The translations under genes and the position numbers were made by a program. Shown here in pieces: positions 56,181 to 64,000 of a stretch of 64,000 nt of DNA (position 1 is the first letter of the stretch; each line of letters opens with the position of its first letter). Under the pieces are notes generated by a model. That model was not told the origin of the DNA. It made no database searches and saw only the letters and a list, made by a program, of their open reading frames with translations. The DNA comes from Octopus sinensis. Taxonomy: Eukaryota. The stretch covers positions 108,748,001 to 108,812,000 of the forward strand of contig NC_043001.1 in assembly GCF_006345805.1 (NCBI RefSeq). Direction: 5' to 3'.

Positions 56181-56220
56181 GTTTCCCGACGAAGAGCTCC
56201 GCTCGAAACGTTTAAAAACT
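56181..56220 (+). ncRNA. Degenerate type I hammerhead motif (U4C variant)
   Basis: Reads CCGACGA-A-GAGC[UCC]GCUC-GAAACGUU. Helix III is the palindromic ACGU and helix I is weak. Confidence 0.4.
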
Positions 56221-56318
56221 TCCTTCTTCCCTCTTTCTGATCCTGACGTCCATAATACTTTATTTGTTCCACCCCTCCTCGCGTTGCTGTGTTTTTTTGT
56301 GTTTTCTTGTTTGGATTA

Positions 56319-56394
<76 letters not shown>

Positions 56395-56752
56395 TATATA
56401 CTCCTCATCTCTCTCTCAGCCGCTGGCTTCCTCTATCCTCTCTCTCTCTCACATCCTCCTCACCTCTCTCACAGCCAGCCGCTACTTCCTTTTGCCTGCG
56501 CCTCCTAACTGTAAACACATGGTTTTTCTTGCGCTCCTAAGAATCTTCCTCGTCTAGGCCAAAAAGGCCCTCTTTGTTTTCTTGTTTGTTTTTATTTCTC
56601 GTATTGTATTTTTTGTAATTGTATTTTTATTTTGTATTTTATTTTGTAATTTTATTTGTATCGTTTTTACGTCTTGTTTGTGTCACATTTTTTTCTTTCC
56701 TTGTTTTTACCCCTCTGCGAAGTAATTTTATTTAATTCTTTCGCAGGAAGGG

Positions 56753-56827
56753 CTAGTTCGACGAGTCGTGTTCTGTCCTAACCTTCGAAACACGCTGGAG
56801 TTGAACTAGGGACAGCTGATGAAGGGG
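56753..56827 (+). ncRNA. Candidate permuted/pseudoknotted hammerhead ribozyme, copy 1
   Basis: Helix III is CGUGU(56767-71)/ACACG(56790-94), with a GUU triplet ending at 56772. Helix I is CUGUCC(56773-78)/GGACAG(56810-15). GAAA is at 56787-90 and CUGAUGA at 56816-22. Helix II is weak: GGGG(56824-27)/CUUC(56783-86), after an extra A. An extra helix CUAGUUCGA(56753-61)/UUGAACUAG(56801-09) closes the motif. Confidence 0.55.
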
Positions 56828-57118
56828 ATTTTTCCTTGTGTAGTTTGTCTTGTACTCTGTTTTTGCGTTGTAAAAAAATGGTCCGTTCCATGCTTGTTTT
56901 TACGTTTTCGTTTCTCGTTGAGTTCTACGTCTATTTGTAGTGTCCTGTACTCACGTATATATATTTATATATACATGTATATATACATGTAGATGTAGGT
57001 ACGTACATATATGTATGTATGCATATATTTTATTTATTACACTATTGTATGACTGAGCGCCCTTGCGTCGATTCTATTCGATTCGTTTCGTTTTGTTTCG
57101 TTTCTTCTTCTCCAAGTA

Positions 57119-57162
<44 letters not shown>

Positions 57163-57465
57163 TGGGGGTTCAGTACCACGGCGTGGAACGTTGGGCAAGT
57201 GTCTTCTACTATAGCCTCGGGCCGACCAAAGCCTTGAGTGCGGATTTGGTTGACGGAAACTGAAAGAAGCCTCACCATCGCTTGACAACCGATGTTGGTG
57301 TGTTCATGTCCACGTAACTTAGCGGTTCGGCAAAATAGAGCGATAGAATAAGTACTAGGCTTACAAAGAATAAGTCCTAGGGTCGATCTGTTCGACTAAA
57401 GGCGGTGGTTCAGCATGGCCGCGGTGAAATGGCTGAAACAAATAAAAGAATATATATATATATAT

Positions 57466-57510
57466 GCTCGAAATAAGGTGTAGAAGGACAGTCAACAACT
57501 GATGAAGGTT
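57466..57510 (+). ncRNA. 5'-truncated copy 4 of the permuted hammerhead motif
   Basis: Reads GCUC-GAAA..GGACAGU-CAACAA-CUGAUGA-AGG. The 5' strands are replaced by (TA)n and a SINE tail. Confidence 0.35.
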
Positions 57511-57677
57511 CATTTTTTAATGTTACTTATTTTGTTTTGCATTCGTTTCTCTCCTTTTTTGCGTACCCAACGTCATATTCGTATTTCATGTTTGTTTACG
57601 GTTTCGTGACGTCCTGTACCGACATATGCATACCTATATACATATATACGTAGTATGTACATATGTGTGTCTATATA

Positions 57678-57716
<39 letters not shown>

Positions 57717-58189
57717 ATATATATATATCTATATATATATATATATAGATATATATAATACAGATAGATAGATAGATATAAGACGAATGAATGTAAAAAT
57801 ACATTACGCAGGTGTATCGTAAACAATTCAAAATTATTTACGAATATATCAGTGACCAGAACATGCAACTAGAAATTATTTTCATAAAAGAAGAGTGTAT
57901 AATTGTGAATAAATCAGAATAGTAACAGAGAGGGTTATAAAAACCCTTACATGCCTAGAAACAGCAGTCAAAACTGCTATAAAGCCCCTATAACCATTCA
58001 TATCATATTTCTTCAACCATAAAAGCTGTCGGCGATAGAGGACCAACCGTTTATTTTTATTTAAATTTTGAATTTTTATGTCATGTCGCTCGCCGACATG
58101 GAGTCGCTACCAAAGTGTTTTTTGCCAGTATTGGTACGCTGTGTTTGTGGTGTTTCTGTATTTGTAAACATTTTTGATCTTCAAAGCCC

Positions 58190-59690
58190 TTCTGATTTCT
58201 GATTCTAGTTTTGTTCTATCTTCCCCTCTAATATGCTTGAGCTTCAGTTGATTTTTGTATTCTCCCTGTGTAATGTCTTTATTGCACTTTATTAATCAAA
58301 GCTCTGTAAAAGGTTCTCTTATTTGTTCTAAATGTTTTCTTCCGGAAGAAATACTCGCATTTTTTGATTTGCCTTATCCTGCGTGAAAAGTTTTGCTAAT
58401 ACAATTCAAGGTTTCCTTTTGAGCCCTAATATTCTATTTTTTATTGGTTAAATATATATCTAATATAATGTTCATCCCCTTTCCCGTTTTCTTCCAACTA
58501 TAATTAGTGCTTACATCCTGCTTTTCCTAGTTTCAAATTCCTTGTACTTTTACAATTTTTTAACTTCCCTTTGGGAATTATTTTATTTAGAAGGAACCCA
58601 GACATGTCTATCTGAGCATAGGTATTTTAGTTCCAGTCCCAGAATATACCAGGTTTTGTTTCTCACGATTTTGAAATGTACAGGTTTTGTACATGTTTAT
58701 ACCACTTATTTGTTTTCACGTCGACTTGTCCACATATTGCCGAGAGAATAAAGCTGCTGCCTCGATTATGCTTGTTAAAATAATCGAACTTTACAGCCGA
58801 AAATAGTATGGTCAACCATCTCATTGTACTGACTGCATAATCTGCTATTAATGATAGCATGTTTTTTAAAATTATGTGATATTTGTAGTGGTATTGAGCA
58901 GAAGATTTACTGTAGCCTATCTTTTATACTAAGACAAAATATATACATGATAACACTTCCAATCAGTTAAGGCTCGATGTCCGAGTGCCAGTGCGTGGTA
59001 CTGCATCAGGGCATAGCAAATCTGTGGTATTGAGCAGAATATTTGATGTAGCTCGTCTTTTACACCAAGTCGAAATATGTACGTGATAACACTTCCAATC
59101 AGTTAAGGTCGAAAGCCGTGAAAGTCAGTGCCTCAGCTCTATTATTTTCTAGCTTCTTGTACGTTTGAATAGGAAAGTCCCACATAATCTTACAATACTT
59201 CAATTCCAGCACTCTTTCGACCCGATGATCATACCCTGTCTCTCCAGCTTCAAATCCCTAATTCTGGTAAAGTTTCCGGTATAAAGCTTTCACAACCTGA
59301 TCATCCCTCCATTTCTTATACTCTTCCTGTGCCAGATGCGGACATTATGACACACTGTATATGCCGCTGTTTCGTTCCAAGTTCCACAGACTTTACATAT
59401 TTTTACACATTTTCTCCATATACATTTTCCTTCAAGTTGTTCTTATCACTTGACCCTGAGCTGCTACAATTAGACTCTCTGTTTCAGTTTTTAATAGCCC
59501 CGTTTTTATTTTTACCAAGCACAGGATTTTGTTCCACATACATCTTCAGTGGCTCTCCAAAACTGATCATATAGAGGTTTCTCTTTAATCTGACTAACGT
59601 ACTCTCTTTGAATTTCAGTTCTATCCTTTTCCTCTGTTCCTTATTCACAGTCTTTAGTAGTTTCTCTCTGTTCTGTAAATATTCTAGTAG
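58190..59690 (-). mobile_element. Old, scrambled R4/Dong-like LINE fragments
   Basis: About 59120-59680 gives LKTETESLIVAAQ..CKVCG..EEYKKWRDDQV..IMWDFPIQT. About 58480-58870 gives a second RLE-region piece (SRLCSQYNEMVDH; KHNR..DVKTNKWYKHV). About 58190-58470 gives a pre-RT region (FRTNKRTFYRAL). All resemble parts of the element at 34923-37408. Confidence 0.65.
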
Positions 59691-60923
59691 GTTTTTTTTC
59701 TTTTCTTACAGTCTAGTAGGCTTGCGGTGAACTAGCAGAAACATTGGCACGCTGGACGAAATGCTTAGCGGTATTTCGCCTGTCGCTGGGTTCAAATTCC
59801 GCCGAGGTCGACTTCTTTTTTTATCCTTTCTTGGTCGATAAAATAAGTACCAGATGAGTACTGGGTTCGATGTATTCGACTCTTCCCCTACCCCCAAATT
59901 GTTGGCCTTGTGCTATAATTTGAAATCTTATTATTGTTGTTTGATAAGGCGGTGAGCTGGCAGAATCGTTAGCACGCCGGGCGAAATGCTTAGTGGTATT
60001 TCGTCTGCTGCTACGTTCTGAGTTCACATTCCGCTGAGGTCGACTTGCCTTTCATCCTTTCGGGGTCGATTAAATAAGTTCCAGTTCCGCACTGGGGTCG
60101 ATGTAATCGACTTAATCTGTTTGTCTGTCCTTGCTTGTCCCCTCTGTGTTTAGCTCCTTGTGGGTAGTAAAGAAATAGGTATTTCGTCTGTCTTTACGTT
60201 GAGTTCAAATTCCGCCGAGTTCGACTTTGCCTTTCGTCCTTTCGGAGTCGATATATTAAGTACAAGTTGCGTACTGGGGTCGATCTAACGGACTGGCTCT
60301 CTACCCAAAAATTTCGGGCGTTGTGCCTAGAGTAGAAACGATTATTATTGATGTTGCTGGCTGTTGTTGTTGTTGTTGTCGTTGCTGCTAATGTTGTCAT
60401 TATTACACCTTGTTGCGCATAATCGCATTGAAAAATCTTCCCAAGTCATTTTATCAATCCTGGAATTTGAATTATGTACAAATATACATATATACATACA
60501 TTATATATGTATAAAACTTTTAAAGAACTTTTCTTGATTTTCAAAACTTCAATTATATATTTCTTTTGAAATAATAATAAAAAAAAATTTCTTTCCAAAG
60601 AAATTCAATCAGTAACGAAATATAAGAAAGTAATAATCATAACAATAATAACAAACAAAAATGACTATACAAATGAAAATGTATATAACGACTGAAAACA
60701 AAGTAATATTGAAAATATTTAAAAGTTTCTCTCAATGTTTATAAAGTTACCGGGACTTGTCTAAGCAGATTCAACGATTTTCATTGATGGGATATTTCTA
60801 TCTCCATTAATATGACTTGGAAGCCAGTGAAATTTAGTCGAAGAAAACAATACAGGCAGTAAACATATCAACACTAATTTATTCACCCACACAGTTATTT
60901 ATACACACACACGCACGCACACA

Positions 60924-60977
<54 letters not shown>

Positions 60978-61015
60978 CACATACACATACACAACGCGCA
61001 TTCACATACAGATAC

Positions 61016-61054
<39 letters not shown>

Positions 61055-61261
61055 CACATACGCATACACAACGCGCATTCACATACAGATACTTACACAC
61101 ACACACACACATATATATATGGATATGTATATATATATATGTATATATACATACATTTATACATATATATGTATATATGTATATATACATACATTTATAC
61201 ATATATACATGTATGTATAGTATATATACACATACATATATATATATACATACATACATAT

Positions 61262-61312
<51 letters not shown>

Positions 61313-61461
61313 TATATATATACATATATATATAAATAAATATATATATATACATATATATGTACGCATACATACATATATATATATATACATACATACA
61401 TATACATATATATATATATATATACATACATGCATACATACATACATACATACATACTACA

Positions 61462-61497
<36 letters not shown>

Positions 61498-61510
61498 TTA
61501 ATATATATAT

Positions 61511-61562
<52 letters not shown>

Positions 61563-62549
61563 CTGCATATTACAGAATAATACACCGACAATATTTTCAA
61601 AATGTCTGAAAAAATTATAATATAAATTATAAGATAATTTGATTTGTTTTTTGCTTTGAAAGTAAAGTATAAAAAACACACACGTAAACAAACAAAAAAA
61701 AAATGAAAACATATTAGTTCTTAAAATTGTTCTCGCCTCTACTGTAAATCTGATTTAAGAACGCGTTTCTGGCTTCGTAACTTTTCTTTGAATATCATCG
61801 AACGGTCTCTGTTTATTTCCAATCTAGAGAAATATTTAAAGCATAAATGAATAAACTCGGTGTAATTCGTCTTCTATCTGTTTCCTTCCACCCACTGCTA
61901 TTTTATCCATAAAACACATTTTCTGTCAGTCAATTTTGAATGCTATTATCTGCTTCACAGTTTCGTAGCTTTCTCTGATGTCTCACGCAATATGGATATC
62001 TCTCAGCTCTTTGCAACATTCAACGACTTGCTGCAGTCGGATATGGTGAGATTTTTTCTCCCTGAGTAACTTCTATGACAGCCATTTTGGATGCCATATT
62101 TCATTGTAGTGTTTCAATTACTTTACATAAAGAAGCTTCATTATACATTATCAATCACCTTAAAGGTTAGGAATATAAGATCGGATAAACACATCTGCAG
62201 AAAATATCTATTGGTAGATAAATTAAAATCTCACAATATTCATTGCTTGTGTGATTTGTATAATCATATCAGGGTTGGAAAATTTCTTTACGCAAGACGA
62301 ATAGTAATATCAAGCAACCATATATTCAACAGCCGACACTGGTGATGGATTAATAAATACACGAGGGGTTTTATAGCTTAATATAAACATTTAGCTTTTT
62401 TTTTCTAGTTCAAATTCCATTAAGATCCGTTTTGCTATTCATGGGTTCCGGGTTCCTTAAAATTTGTTTTTTAGTAATATCTTTGGAATCGATTTCGCTA
62501 ACTAAATACACACTTCTATAAACAATTTGATTTGAAACATTGATCCAAA

Positions 62550-63090
62550 GACTATGATAATGATGATAATAATGACGATAAAAAGAATATGGGCGTAATA
62601 AAATGATGATGATGATGATAAAGATGATAAAGATGATTATGAAGATGATGATATACGATGATGAAGATGATGATGGTGGTGATGAGGCTGAAGATGATGA
62701 GGTTGATGAAGATGATGATGACGATGATGATGATGATGAGGATGGGTATGGTGATGATGAAGGCGATGATGATGGAGATTATGATGATGATAATAAAGAT
62801 GATTATGAAGATGATGATAATATGATGATGATGATGATGATGATGATGATGGTGGTGGTGATGAGGCTGAAGATGATGAGGTTGATGAAGGTGATGATGA
62901 CGATGACGATGATGATGAGGATGGGTATGGTGATGATGAAGGCGATGATGATGGAGATGATGATGATGATGATAAAAATGATTATGAAGATGATGATAAT
63001 ATGATGATGATGATGATGGTGGTGATGAGGCTGAAGATGATGAGGTTGATGAAGATGATCATGACGATGATGATGGAGATGATAAAAATA
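62550..63090. repeat. Degenerate (GAT)n trinucleotide block with internal duplications
   Basis: Seen directly; it explains the poly-M/D ORF 62603-63004. Confidence 0.9.
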
Positions 63091-63315
63091 ACGTAACGGT
63101 TTCTAATTTAAGAAAAAGTCTAATAATTTTTAATGTAGAGAGGTTATTTGATGACGCCGACCCCAGTACGTGGCACGTGCTTTATTTTATTGACTCTGGA
63201 AGGGATAAAATCAACGTTCATCTTTGTGGGATTTGAACTCAGAGAACAAAGAGCCGAAAAAAAATACCCGACATTTTTTCAGGTACTGTAACGGTTCAGG
63301 CAATCTGTTGTCCTA

Positions 63316-63386
<71 letters not shown>

Positions 63387-63414
63387 TGATGATATGATGA
63401 TGATGATAACGATG

Positions 63415-63465
<51 letters not shown>

Positions 63466-63512
63466 TAATAATAATAATGATGATGATGATAATAATGCAG
63501 TTCTATATTTAA

Positions 63513-63710
63513 GAGATAAGGAATGGACACCAGCTCCTCCTGTGGGACGAAGTTAAAATAATAGACAGAGAACACCACTGGAAAATACGAAAGCTAAAAG
63601 AAGCAGCACATATGCTAGGACAAAACAATCTCCTAAGCAGCTCGAGAGCAGATATGAACAGCATATGGGAACCGGTATTAAAGAAGGATAGGAGAATATT
63701 AGATTTATAA
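63513..63710 (+). mobile_element. Penelope-like element GIY-YIG endonuclease C-terminal fragment
   Basis: H..LWDEVKIIDREHHWKIRKLKEAAHM..N.L..W.PVL matches the Penelope-like element C-terminal pattern. It follows a (TAA)/(TGA) tract. Confidence 0.6.
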
Positions 63711-64000
63711 GCGCCATGTGTTCTCGAGCAAGGCACTTTATTTCACGTTGCTCCAGTTCACTCAGCTGTAGAAATGAGTTGCGACGTCACTGGTGCCAAG
63801 CTGTATCGACCTTTGTCTTTCCTTTGGATAACACTGGTGGCGTATACATATATACGACAGGCTTCTTTCAGTTTCCGTCTACCAAATCCACTCACAAGGC
63901 TTTGGTCGGCCCGTGGCTATAGTAGAAGACACTTATATATATATATATGTGTGTATGTATGTATGTATGTATGTATTTATGTATGTATGTAATTCACTAT

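Noticed and set aside
57925-57985. GAAACAGCAGTC with nearby short stems
   Set aside because: No CUGANGA core.
62603-63004. Met/Asp-rich 133-aa ORF
   Set aside because: It is a (GAT)n repeat with no splice or domain support.

Overview
This is AT-rich, repeat-dominated eukaryotic DNA with no recognisable host gene. The SINE families and the dense (TA)n/(CA)n/(TATC)n microsatellites suggest an octopod cephalopod (inferred from recall, not a search). Most ORFs in the track are microsatellite or SINE translation artefacts. Real content: several tRNA-derived SINE families (labelled A-E here), LINE fragments (R4/Dong-like with an RLE endonuclease, RTE, CR1-like, Tx1/L1-like, Penelope-like), mariner, Chapaev-like, hAT and pogo remnants, three non-autonomous Helitrons, and a 100-N gap. 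The main signal is RNA-structural. There are three canonical type-I hammerhead ribozyme motifs (26655, 40492 minus, 56186). There are also four copies (56753, 40943 minus, 44946, 57466) of a motif holding all hammerhead core elements (NUH, GAAA, CUGAUGA) in a non-standard, pseudoknotted strand order. Its helices covary between copies and it has an extra closing helix. It rides on a short non-autonomous element. Activity and novelty are untested.
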